Below are positions 28,360-37,014 of a stretch of 64,000 nt of DNA, piece by piece. Location of the stretch: positions 1 through 64,000 of the IMG/VR virus record IMGVR_UViG_3300034104_005052; one strand, written 5' to 3'. The first letter of the stretch is position 1. Each line of letters starts with the position of its first letter. Position numbers and translations under genes: made by a program. The notes beneath the pieces are model-generated. The model was given only the letters and a program-made list of their open reading frames with translations. It had not been told where the DNA came from and searched no databases. Origin of the DNA: an uncultured virus (IMG/VR IMGVR_UViG_3300034104_005052). Taxonomy: Duplodnaviria; Heunggongvirae; Uroviricota; Caudoviricetes.

Positions 28360-28420
28360 AGTATACAGTCAAAAACTTTAGTTGTCAAGACTTGACAACG
28401 ATTAAATATGGCTGTATATT
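28360..28420. promoter_or_regulatory. Back-to-back sigma70 promoters sharing a palindromic -35 region
   Basis: Minus strand TTGACA(28388-28383)-17-TATACT; plus strand TTGACA(28392-28397)-17-TATATT. Both have TG just before the -10 box. GTTGTCAAG-A-CTTGACAAC is an inverted repeat. Confidence 0.8.
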
Positions 28421-28484
28421 ATGCGAAAGCCCAATTTGGATGTTGGGCTATCGTAAATTTGCAAGATAGAAAATAGGATAGAAA

Positions 28485-28715
28485 ATGTCTAAGAATCATC
28501 AGGGCGTTAGTGTTCAGAAGGTTTATGTTCATTCACTGGATAAGGTTGCGACTGTTCGCAAGGTGGAAGAGGATCCTGTTTGGGGAACACAGTATTTCGT
28601 TAGTACTTACTCCCGAGAATGGGGACCGGAATTCTTTTGGGTGAAGAGTAGTGATGCACAGCCTATGGCAACCCTTAAGGGAAGTTCGTCAAATTCTGAT
28701 TCAGATGTTGACTAA
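28485..28715 (+). CDS. Small hypothetical protein (early)
   Basis: Downstream of a sigma70 promoter; AGGA upstream of the start. Confidence 0.65.
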   Translation: MSKNHQGVSVQKVYVHSLDKVATVRKVEEDPVWGTQYFVSTYSREWGPEFFWVKSSDAQPMATLKGSSSNSDSDVD

Positions 28716-28729
28716 ATACAAGTAGTACT

Positions 28730-28987
28730 ATGCCATTCTATGACTACATTTGTAGGGCTTGCAACCATGAATTCGAAGAGATGCTTCGTATTGATGATCG
28801 CAAGAAGCCAACCAAAAAGCCTTGTGAAAAATGTGGTCAAAAGAAGGTAGAACAGATAATTAAAGAGGCTCCATCTGCTTGCGACCCTATTCGGGTTGGC
28901 AGCGTAGGCAAGGTGGATAATGGCTTCAGAGAAGTACTATCTAAAATAAAGAAAGCGCATCCACGCCACAAAATGCGTGATTACTAG
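28730..28987 (+). CDS. FmdB-family zinc-ribbon protein
   Basis: 'MPFYDYICRACNHEFE...PCEKCG' and 'GFREVLSKIK..HP'; CTAAATA at 28712. Confidence 0.85.
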   Translation: MPFYDYICRACNHEFEEMLRIDDRKKPTKKPCEKCGQKKVEQIIKEAPSACDPIRVGSVGKVDNGFREVLSKIKKAHPRHKMRDY

Positions 28988-28989
28988 TA

Positions 28990-29673
28990 ATGAAGTTGAA
29001 TTCAGTCGAATTAGAGGGTAAGGGTAGATACTATCAATCCCCAACAACACTTCGTTGGTATCCATCGGTTACCACAGTTGTCAACCATGAAATGGAAGAT
29101 TTTTGGCGTGAGTGGAGGAAAAATCCACAAAATCTTGCCAATTCGAAAAAGGCATTAGCGAGAGGTAATCGTCTACATCAAGTGATGGAAGATTATCTTG
29201 GTGAAAATAAAACAATACCAACTGATCCATTCGATAGGATGAAGTTTGATCTGCTGAAGCCTTGTTTGGACAAAATAGGCAAGATTCGTGCAATTGAAAC
29301 TTCAATGTGGTCAGATAAAATTTTACTTGCGGGAAGAGTAGACTGTATTGCTGAATACGATGGCAAGTTGGCTGTAGTAGATTTTAAAACCGCAGGCAAA
29401 GACAAGAGTAAAGATCAGATTCTCAATTATTTTCATCAGACAACTGCATATGCATACATGTGGAATCAAAACTACGATCAAGATGATTTGATTGAGAGAG
29501 TTGTCATTTTGATCGTTACGGACGATGGTACAATACAAGAATTCGTTGAGGATCCATCTGACTATAAAAAGTCAATGTTCGATGTTATAAAGACTTACTG
29601 GGATAAATATTCATTCAGAGAAGTACAGGAGATAGCAAATGAAATTCATCAAGCGACTATTCAGTTCGGGTGA
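28990..29673 (+). CDS. PD-(D/E)XK exonuclease of T4-like phages
   Basis: 'YPSVTTV', 'RGNRLH', 'AGRVDCI', 'VDFKT', 'Q..AYA.M'. Confidence 0.85.
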   Translation: MKLNSVELEGKGRYYQSPTTLRWYPSVTTVVNHEMEDFWREWRKNPQNLANSKKALARGNRLHQVMEDYLGENKTIPTDPFDRMKFDLLKPCLDKIGKIRAIETSMWSDKILLAGRVDCIAEYDGKLAVVDFKTAGKDKSKDQILNYFHQTTAYAYMWNQNYDQDDLIERVVILIVTDDGTIQEFVEDPSDYKKSMFDVIKTYWDKYSFREVQEIANEIHQATIQFG

Positions 29674-29851
29674 AGTGTTGCCGCCAGCAAAAATTGAAAA
29701 GTATCATTGTGTTCGTTTCATGACCGAAAAGGGTGAACAACTTGGTCTTTTACTGACACATGAAGAGTTCGAAAGAGCAGTTTTTAGATGGGTTCAGACT
29801 ATAGAGTCTATGCCCATACAAGAAGATCCTGAACAGGAAGGGATGATTTAA
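29639..29851 (+). CDS. Small hypothetical protein
   Basis: SD AGGAG before the ATG; its stop overlaps the gp33 start. Confidence 0.6.
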   Translation: MKFIKRLFSSGEVLPPAKIEKYHCVRFMTEKGEQLGLLLTHEEFERAVFRWVQTIESMPIQEDPEQEGMI

Positions 29852-30090
29852 TGGGATCAATTATGAATATAGATCACGACTTCTCAAAAGAAGTCGAAGA
29901 ACTTACCCGAACAAGAAATAACGGTAAATACATGGAATCAATCATTGATTTGTGTGAAAAATATGGTATTGAGCCTGAGTCGGCTGCAAAGTTGCTCTCA
30001 AAACCTATCCGTGAAAAACTCAAGAGTGAATTTGAATCGTTGAATATGGTTCGTGGAAAAAGAAAAACCACGAAGTTACCTCTTGACTAA
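29851..30090 (+). CDS. 33: gp33 late-promoter transcription co-activator
   Basis: 'F.KEVE', 'YMESIIDLCEKYGIEPE..AKLLSKPIREKL..E...LN', 'KLPL'. Confidence 0.88.
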   Translation: MGSIMNIDHDFSKEVEELTRTRNNGKYMESIIDLCEKYGIEPESAAKLLSKPIREKLKSEFESLNMVRGKRKTTKLPLD

Positions 30091-30148
30091 TGTGATATCT
30101 TAGTTACAATTCAAACACATCGCTACACTTAAAATACAAGGAGATACA

Positions 30149-31072
30149 ATGTCATTCGCTAATTTGAAGAAAAATGCTCAAACCGGTATTGATAAACTAC
30201 AGAAGGAAATGGAAAAGCAGGGCGGCAAGGAAGGTGGCTATCAAAAGGATGATCGCTTCTGGTCGCTTGAGCGAGACAAGAGTGGAAATGGTATGGCTGT
30301 GATTCGTTTTCTTCCGGCAGCCGATGGTGAAGAGATTCCCATGATTCGGGTTTTTAGTCACGGATTCCAAGGCAAGGGTGGATGGTTCATCGAAAACTGT
30401 CCAACGACACTTGGCCGCAAATGTCCTGTTTGCGAGGCAAACAATGAACTTTGGAACAGCGGCATCGAATCCAACAAGAAGATTGCCCGTGATCGTAAAC
30501 GCAAGTTATCTTATATCAGCAACATTCTTGTGGTTTCCGATCCCGCAAATCGTGACAACGAGGGAAAGGTCTTTCTTTTTAAGTATGGTAAGAAGATCTT
30601 TGATAAGTTGCAGGAAGCCATGAATCCTTCCGATCCCGATGAGCCTAAGTTTAATCCTTTTGATTTTTGGAAGGGAGCCAACTTTAAGTTGAAAGCACAT
30701 ATGGATTCAGGGTATGTTTCCTATGAAAAGAGCGGCTTCTCTGCTCCTGCGCCACTCTTTGAGGGTGATGATTCTAAGTTGGAAGCATTGTGGAAGAAGG
30801 AATATGCTCTTAAGGAGTTTGTTGCGGAAGATCAGTTCAAATCTTATGAAGATCTTTCGGCAAGATTCACACAGGTTTCGAAGGCATCTTCTGCCGCATC
30901 TGTAAAGGCAGAAGATTCCGAGCCAGAGGACTTCCGTACTAAGATGGGGAAGGCTAATCAGATTGCCGAATCGTCTTCCAAGAAGACTACTGCAAAGAAG
31001 AGTGTTGTTGATGACGATGATGAATCTGAGGCACTTTCGTACTTCCGTAAGTTAGCGGAAGATGATGAGTGA
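30149..31072 (+). CDS. 32: gp32 single-stranded DNA-binding protein
   Basis: 'DDRFW...DKSGNG.AVIRFLP', Zn ligands 'HGF...ENCPTT....CPVCE', 'KYGKKIFDK', acidic tail 'LSYFRKLAEDDE'; upstream TTGACT-16-TACAAT and SD AAGGAG. Confidence 0.97.
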   Translation: MSFANLKKNAQTGIDKLQKEMEKQGGKEGGYQKDDRFWSLERDKSGNGMAVIRFLPAADGEEIPMIRVFSHGFQGKGGWFIENCPTTLGRKCPVCEANNELWNSGIESNKKIARDRKRKLSYISNILVVSDPANRDNEGKVFLFKYGKKIFDKLQEAMNPSDPDEPKFNPFDFWKGANFKLKAHMDSGYVSYEKSGFSAPAPLFEGDDSKLEALWKKEYALKEFVAEDQFKSYEDLSARFTQVSKASSAASVKAEDSEPEDFRTKMGKANQIAESSSKKTTAKKSVVDDDDESEALSYFRKLAEDDE

Positions 31073-31113
31073 TAAATACTCATAACCCCACTAAAGATAG
31101 CATCTTTGGTCCG

Positions 31114-31143
31114 ACAACCCCCGAAAGGGGGTTGTTTCTTTTT
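31114..31143 (+). terminator. Rho-independent terminator after gp32
   Basis: ACAACCCCC-GAAA-GGGGGTTGT followed by a T tract. Confidence 0.88.
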
Positions 31144-31160
31144 ATATGATTCAATGAATA

Positions 31161-33998
31161 TCAGAACAATCCGTTTGGATGAGCCATTCCTGTCGATTGC
31201 CTGAAAGTGGGTTCCGTGTTTCTCGGTGGTTGTGGTGCAATTATATGCGGTCGTGATCCGCCTTTGTTATTAACACTACTTATGTTCATATTTGTTGTGG
31301 TTACATTTGTTTGGGTATTTTGACCGTTGCGTGTATTTGGTTTGAGTGCTTTTTGTTTTGTTTCATATTCATCTTTTAGTTTTTTCCCCATTGGACCCAA
31401 TGTATTTTCATCAAAAGAAAAATCACGAAGAAATGGTGTTTCTGTTGGAGTGAACAACTTAGGTCCAGATAATAGGGGTTGATTTGTTTTTATTGCTGTC
31501 TCGGGAGTCGCTGATTGAGAAGATCCTGTAAAAAACTCAAAAGTTGCTGTTGCAATTTTGACAGCAGGTATGTTTTTGATGCTGTTGGTGACCAATTCTT
31601 TAGACAGTTTGATCACATTTGTAATTGCATCAAAAAAAGATTTGACTTCCTTTTTTAATTTATTGTGTAATTTTGGAATTATTGATTTAACGGCATCAAA
31701 AATAGATTCAACATTTTCCGTAAAATCATCGACTAGTTTTGGAACTACCGACGATATCACTGCCCAAATTTTTTCTGACAGACTTACCAAACCCTTATAG
31801 ATTAATGTAATTGGATTATAGTTGAGTAAAAATGATTGAAGTTTTTCAATGCCCTCTATTATAAAGGTTTTCATGTTATCAATAATTTTTTTCGCTGCGG
31901 ATATTCCATATTTGATTCCCTGATATAACAGATTCGGAAGACTATATTTCCACAAAAGCATTAATGTTTCTTTAGCAGCATTTATAATTGAATTGAAGTT
32001 ATTGTAAATCCACATGACTCCTTGGACAAGCAATCCTATGGGGCTGTACTTGAAAATCAATTTAATCGCATTGTATGTGTGTTCTAATATTTTTTTGAAC
32101 GCCTTTGTTATGGAGTCAATTATGTTATTCATGAATTTATAGATTTTATCGAAACCTATTAATCCTAGAGTTAATCCATCTGTAATTCCGGCAAATATTC
32201 CGACAAGTAATCCTCGTATACCATCTTTTTTAAATCCTTTGAACGCACCTATGACAGCATCGATTAATGTCAACACTATCGTAAGTGGGAGGAATGCTCT
32301 ACCAATTAATGAAATGATTGGTCGAAGAACTCTGAGAAATCTGAATAGACCACTCATTATTCCATAACCAAGTCTGAATGAAGTCATAAAGATTTTGAAT
32401 ATTTCTATGACAGGAGCGAAAACAGATTTTAGTATCTTTATGAATCCTAATGCACCAAATTGTACATCTTTGATTATCGCAATAAAAGTAGTAAAAACAC
32501 CTATTGTTCTATTAATTACTGATACAAAGTATCTACCTATAGCAGTTCCATTTTTGATAAAGATGAAAAATGATTTCATCCCATTGATCATTTTGTTTAT
32601 CGCTGGAAATGTTTCTTTCAAATACAAGAAAAATCTTGATATGATTCCTCCTCCTTTGAAAGCAGATGTAATCATTCCGAATACTTCTGCTATTGCGGCA
32701 GATACCATTCCAACTATCAATCCCGTGGCAAATGTTATAATCGCAATGAGTTTAAACAACCAACCGCCTTCTCTCATAGTATCCCGTAAACCTATTATGT
32801 GAGCATCTATTATTTTTACATTTGCTTTGAGATCTTTATACCATTCGGGTAATTCCTTCATCTCTTTTTTGTCCTCGACTGCTTGCCTGTTCTGTCTTTC
32901 AACAGCGGCTATTTGAATCAAGGATGCCTGCTCAATATTCTTGAAAATACTTATTTGTTTGTTTAATTTTTGCGTTTCTTCTCGGAATTGTTTTTCTGCC
33001 AATCTTTCTGCACGAATCTCTGCGACTCTTTCATTAACACCTTGCTTTACAATTGTTTCATATATGGATTTTTGTATATTCTCTTTTTGGATTGAATCCC
33101 TCATCTCTGTGAGTTTTTCAATGATCTTATCTTGGGTTTTCTGTTCCTTAGCCCAATTTGCCTTGAAAGCCATGACAGCAGTTTCGTCTTTGAGATCTAC
33201 TCCTGATTCAATCATAGCATCACTAAGCATTTTTTGAACAACAGAAAGACTTTGTATGTTTGCTCCGGTTCTTTCAATTAGTCTATTAATAGTATCTTCG
33301 TTTGATGATCCTTTAATTTGTTCAAGTGCATTACGAACTTCTTGAGCAAGTTCTTTGGTTTCATTATTTTTTTGATTTTCTTCTTCGTCTTTTTGTTTCT
33401 GCTTTGCTTCAATTTTATTTCTGTCAGACAGTTCTTTTTCCGCTTTTAATTTTTCATCCTCTTCTTTTTTAGACTGCTTTAGAAATTCTTTCGACCAATT
33501 CTTAAATTCAACCAATATAGTTTTATCTTTGATTTTAGCATCTGATAGTGTGTCTGCGATTTGTTTTGTGAGATCTAAAGAGGCATCAAGTTCTTTTTTT
33601 ACTACATCTATCTGTGTTTTTGAATCAATAGCAATCATTTCAATTGCATCTGTGATTTGCCTTTGAGTTCCCGCTACATCGGTTTGAATTTCTCTTAACC
33701 TATTTGTAGACTCGGATCTTGATAGTTTGGCTTCTTCGTACTGCTTTATTGCTATAGCAAGAGCAGCAGTATCTCCCTTCAGTTCTGCCTCCAACTGTTT
33801 CTTCTTTGCATTCAATTCCTCACGCTGCGAGGATTCAATCTTCTCTGTGAGTTCTTTGATATATTTGGTCTGAAACTCTTGATTGTCCAATTGATTTCTC
33901 AATAGTTCAACCATTTCACGATTATATGAACCAGACCATTGGCTATCGCTTCCTGGTGCGGTTTGATTTTTGGGATTAGTTTCGCCTTCGTTTGCCAT
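31161..33998 (-). CDS. Tape measure / baseplate hub protein (gp29-like)
   Basis: N-terminal coiled coil, central hydrophobic and amphipathic helical repeats, 'TNVTTTN' C-terminal motif; directly downstream of gp26-gp51. Confidence 0.7.
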   Translation of the reverse strand: MANEGETNPKNQTAPGSDSQWSGSYNREMVELLRNQLDNQEFQTKYIKELTEKIESSQREELNAKKKQLEAELKGDTAALAIAIKQYEEAKLSRSESTNRLREIQTDVAGTQRQITDAIEMIAIDSKTQIDVVKKELDASLDLTKQIADTLSDAKIKDKTILVEFKNWSKEFLKQSKKEEDEKLKAEKELSDRNKIEAKQKQKDEEENQKNNETKELAQEVRNALEQIKGSSNEDTINRLIERTGANIQSLSVVQKMLSDAMIESGVDLKDETAVMAFKANWAKEQKTQDKIIEKLTEMRDSIQKENIQKSIYETIVKQGVNERVAEIRAERLAEKQFREETQKLNKQISIFKNIEQASLIQIAAVERQNRQAVEDKKEMKELPEWYKDLKANVKIIDAHIIGLRDTMREGGWLFKLIAIITFATGLIVGMVSAAIAEVFGMITSAFKGGGIISRFFLYLKETFPAINKMINGMKSFFIFIKNGTAIGRYFVSVINRTIGVFTTFIAIIKDVQFGALGFIKILKSVFAPVIEIFKIFMTSFRLGYGIMSGLFRFLRVLRPIISLIGRAFLPLTIVLTLIDAVIGAFKGFKKDGIRGLLVGIFAGITDGLTLGLIGFDKIYKFMNNIIDSITKAFKKILEHTYNAIKLIFKYSPIGLLVQGVMWIYNNFNSIINAAKETLMLLWKYSLPNLLYQGIKYGISAAKKIIDNMKTFIIEGIEKLQSFLLNYNPITLIYKGLVSLSEKIWAVISSVVPKLVDDFTENVESIFDAVKSIIPKLHNKLKKEVKSFFDAITNVIKLSKELVTNSIKNIPAVKIATATFEFFTGSSQSATPETAIKTNQPLLSGPKLFTPTETPFLRDFSFDENTLGPMGKKLKDEYETKQKALKPNTRNGQNTQTNVTTTNMNISSVNNKGGSRPHIIAPQPPRNTEPTFRQSTGMAHPNGLF

Positions 33999-34015
33999 GG
34001 GGAGTCTACTTTAAG

Positions 34016-34177
34016 TTAAGATTCTTTCTGCTTTTCCATCATTTCTTTTTCTTCTTTAAGGTGATGAATTAACATTTCTATGTAAATTCGACGCTCCCAA
34101 GGAATCATTCCTTCTATTTCTGTTAGCGAATACTTGTGGTGTTGCATTAGAGAAAAGTTTGTTTCGTAATGATTCAT
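34016..34177 (-). CDS. 51: gp51-like baseplate hub assembly chaperone (not in ORF track; possibly made as a gp26 frameshift extension)
   Basis: MNHYETNFSLMQHHKYSLTEIEGMIPWERRIYIEMLIHHLKEEKE matches the gp51-like 'LMQHHKYSL.EIE.MIPWER.IY' motif; no SD. Confidence 0.85.
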   Translation of the reverse strand: MNHYETNFSLMQHHKYSLTEIEGMIPWERRIYIEMLIHHLKEEKEMMEKQKES

Positions 34178-34200
34178 TAGACTATCATGGGAGGTCGCTA

Positions 34201-34911
34201 TTAGAAAAAATCAGCCACCCCCTTAAGGGTAATTGTATTTTCGTGTCCACATCCACTACACTTAAAAGACACTTCTTTCGTCAGTTGAGGCATCGTTTCA
34301 AAGAAAGAAGATATTTTCCTGAATTGACTTTGAGATAAAGACTCAATGAACTCAGTTACATCAGTCACACCAACATCTTTGGCTGTGAATGTTTGCTCTG
34401 GTGTATAAATTTTATCAACACACAACGCAACTAATGTAAACATCTTTTCGGTATCTGTCTTTTTTTCCTGCATCTTTTCGATGTCGGAATAGGTTGGACA
34501 CCTCATTTCAATAATTGTGCTATCGTTGAGATTAATCTTGCTGTTGTGTTCGGGATTAAAATCTGGATTAAGTTCAGTAAGATTTACATTTACTACATTT
34601 GAATGTTGACAGGCAGAACATTTAATTTGAGGATTCGCAGTTTCTCCAACAGACTTTGTTCGTATATTCACGAATAAATATTCAATATCAACAAGTGCTG
34701 CCTCAGTCATATTAATTTTACCAAATGTACACGCTGCTACCACATCTTGCATCGCTTTGTATATCTCTTTTTCATTTTTCGACTCTGATGCTATAAGCAG
34801 TATTTTTTCCTCTTTAACAAGAAAAGGTCTGTATGTGATTTTTTTCTTGTTGCTTGGAAGAATCAGTTCATATGTTGGTGTTGTTGCTACTAAGTTAGTC
34901 AGTGTTCCCAT
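34201..34911 (-). CDS. 26: gp26 baseplate hub assembly protein
   Basis: 'PTYELILPS..KKITYRPFLVKEEKILL', 'DIEYLF..IR.KSVGE', two CxxC, 'FFETMP.L', C-terminal 'G..DFF'. Confidence 0.92.
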   Translation of the reverse strand: MGTLTNLVATTPTYELILPSNKKKITYRPFLVKEEKILLIASESKNEKEIYKAMQDVVAACTFGKINMTEAALVDIEYLFVNIRTKSVGETANPQIKCSACQHSNVVNVNLTELNPDFNPEHNSKINLNDSTIIEMRCPTYSDIEKMQEKKTDTEKMFTLVALCVDKIYTPEQTFTAKDVGVTDVTEFIESLSQSQFRKISSFFETMPQLTKEVSFKCSGCGHENTITLKGVADFF

Positions 34912-34935
34912 TTTATTTAATCTCCCTATGTTTTA

Positions 34936-35916
34936 TTATAGTTGTCCTAAAAATCCTTGTCCCTGTGAGATAAAAGTAAGTGCTTGATTGAATATGTTTC
35001 TTATTTCGTCATTTGGATTTTGTCCAGGAAGACCATCAACTTTTGGTTTTATTAGTCTTCCATCAACGCCTTTAGGCACATTACTACGCTGATCATACTT
35101 TTTTCTCTCTTCTATTTTTTCAAGCATTGACTGCGTTTCTCTTCGCTGAATCTGCTCCCAATCCCTGATAGCATCTTCTGCTGTGACATTAACTAGTCCA
35201 TTTCTAACAAAATTTTCGTTACTATTAACAAAAGGTATTTCTGACGGATCTTTTAATGTCCGTGTGAATCTTCCTTGACTGTCTATGACAGGTATTCCTA
35301 TATCTTTTGCCGGAGATTCTCCTCCACGAAGAACTTCACGGTACATAAAATCCACTTTCATTTTTAGTGGTTCTATACTTTGTGTGTAGTTTAGTGATCC
35401 ATTATTGAGTACCACGCTGTAAGGGTACACTTCTGTCAACTTTATACTATTTGCCCCTAAATCTTGTCCTAAAAATTCTATCGCTTGGTCTAAACTTTGA
35501 ACAAAAGAGGGGAGTTGCATGATGTATATCGAACATGATTTGGCGTAGTCATCATAAAATCCAACTTGTTTCGTTTTTGGATCTACTATTAGATTTTGCC
35601 ACTTTTCAAACAAGTTTTTTTCAAACATGTCAGTTAACACATTAAACTCAAATGAAATACCAGATGTGTTGTTTGAATTTATTCCATATGGAATCAGTCT
35701 AGTTGGAGTTGAGATATCCATTTCATGAGTAAAAAAAGATTTTGCCGGTAATGTGACCGAACTAACCGTTAAGGCAAGTCTTTCTTTTATTTCTATCGAT
35801 GAATACCCCAAATATCTGGCCACACTAGGGGGAACATCAATCAACATGACAAACCTATTGGGCCGCATTACGCCCTTTTGTCTGATTGCACTATAGAATT
35901 TGTCTACAAAGGTCAT
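34936..35916 (-). CDS. gp54-like tail tube initiator (tail-tube fold)
   Basis: 'RPNRF', 'SVTLPAK', 'FEKWQNLI', 'FYDDY', 'L.EVYP', 'VDFMYR'; lies between gp2 and gp26. Confidence 0.7.
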   Translation of the reverse strand: MTFVDKFYSAIRQKGVMRPNRFVMLIDVPPSVARYLGYSSIEIKERLALTVSSVTLPAKSFFTHEMDISTPTRLIPYGINSNNTSGISFEFNVLTDMFEKNLFEKWQNLIVDPKTKQVGFYDDYAKSCSIYIMQLPSFVQSLDQAIEFLGQDLGANSIKLTEVYPYSVVLNNGSLNYTQSIEPLKMKVDFMYREVLRGGESPAKDIGIPVIDSQGRFTRTLKDPSEIPFVNSNENFVRNGLVNVTAEDAIRDWEQIQRRETQSMLEKIEERKKYDQRSNVPKGVDGRLIKPKVDGLPGQNPNDEIRNIFNQALTFISQGQGFLGQL

Positions 35917-35921
35917 GGCTG

Positions 35922-36521
35922 TTACTTAGAGTATTTATTTGCCCATTTCCAAACTTGTTCACGATTTGCACCACGGAATCTTTCAATAGGCATGAATGGC
36001 ACAAATTTCCATTCGTCAGACGATATGACATTTGCTTTGGTCACCACACAGTTGAAATAGTACTTTTTTATTGCTGCTTTGAACGGCTTCATATTAGAAG
36101 CGGATTTCAAGTATGAATATGTAACTTTAAACATTGCGGGGGGATTTTTCGCATAATTAGGGTTGTTAGTCATTGTCAGAAGATTGTTTAAAAATGTTGC
36201 CCTAACCCTCGGTGCTAGGTAGTGTAAGTTTAGTCCAAGAAAATGGTTTCTCATTTTATGAATCATTATTACAAGAGGGAATTCATCCCAAAATGGTAGT
36301 TCTAATTTAGTTTTTGGGTTGTAGCCAAAAAAAATCATAGTTCCGATTCTTGGTTGATTGATACCTACACTTGCCATACTTTGGTTAAAATTTTGAGGAT
36401 TCATTTGAGTTTGAATTTTACTCAAGTTAGTAGCCAACCAATATGTTGCCGCATTAGATTGAATATCTTTTCCGGATTGATTAAATTCTTTTACGACTTT
36501 TCCGACTTCTCGTTTACTCAT
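35922..36521 (-). CDS. 2: gp2 DNA end protector protein
   Basis: 'MIFFGYNPKTK..LPFWDEFPLV', 'FLGLNLHYL.P..R..FL', 'KKYYF..V', 'P.ERF'. Confidence 0.9.
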   Translation of the reverse strand: MSKREVGKVVKEFNQSGKDIQSNAATYWLATNLSKIQTQMNPQNFNQSMASVGINQPRIGTMIFFGYNPKTKLELPFWDEFPLVIMIHKMRNHFLGLNLHYLAPRVRATFLNNLLTMTNNPNYAKNPPAMFKVTYSYLKSASNMKPFKAAIKKYYFNCVVTKANVISSDEWKFVPFMPIERFRGANREQVWKWANKYSK

Positions 36522-36990
36522 TACTGGTTCCGTTCTTTGTGAATAAATTGTCCTCAGTCAGAATTTTAAACTCCCACCCTTTATCCTCACAAATTTTTCT
36601 AGCAGCGTTCCATTTTGCAGAATTAATCATCCAATTTTTCATTTCTGTTAGTTTTGACTTGGACACTTTTTTTGACTTGGGCGGATTTGGTTTTTTAGTT
36701 TGTGATTTGGGCTTAATTTCTATGAGGTATACTCGTTTATTTCCATCTTTCGACAAAACCTTTATCCAAAAATCAACAAAGTATCTGTGAACTTTTCCAT
36801 CTATTGGTGAGGTATAGGGAATAATAACTTCCTCCGAAGACCATTCCAGCACCGATGAGTTTTCGTCACAAAACAACATGAACTTTCTTTCCCAAAGTGA
36901 ACGATAAAAACAGTTGTTGGGGTCTCCTTTGTATTTTTGTGGGTTTTTTGGTTTGTAGCACCCCTTATAACTTGCGTTTGATCTACGGAT
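36514..36990 (-). CDS. 4: gp4 head completion nuclease (probable ATC start)
   Basis: 'SYKG.YKPKNPQKYKGDP....YRSLWERKFM..CD', 'WSSEE..IPY.SP.D...HRYF.DF', 'EIKP', 'N.AKW.AA'. The conserved N-terminus lies upstream of the first ATG (36879). SD AAGGAGGT precedes the ATC at 36990. Confidence 0.9.
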   Translation of the reverse strand: MRRSNASYKGCYKPKNPQKYKGDPNNCFYRSLWERKFMLFCDENSSVLEWSSEEVIIPYTSPIDGKVHRYFVDFWIKVLSKDGNKRVYLIEIKPKSQTKKPNPPKSKKVSKSKLTEMKNWMINSAKWNAARKICEDKGWEFKILTEDNLFTKNGTSNE

Positions 36991-37014
36991 TTTTACCTCC
37001 TTATAACTTGAGTT

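Noticed and set aside
28423..28454. Hairpin AGCCCAA-N8-TTGGGCT as a riboswitch or ncRNA
   Set aside because: It is a single short stem at the 5' end of an early transcript with no recognisable family features; most simply a stabilising leader hairpin.
28990..29673. Cas4-like nuclease as part of a CRISPR system
   Set aside because: It lacks the Cys cluster for an Fe-S centre, has no array or cas neighbours, and sits in the usual T4-like exonuclease position near gp33.
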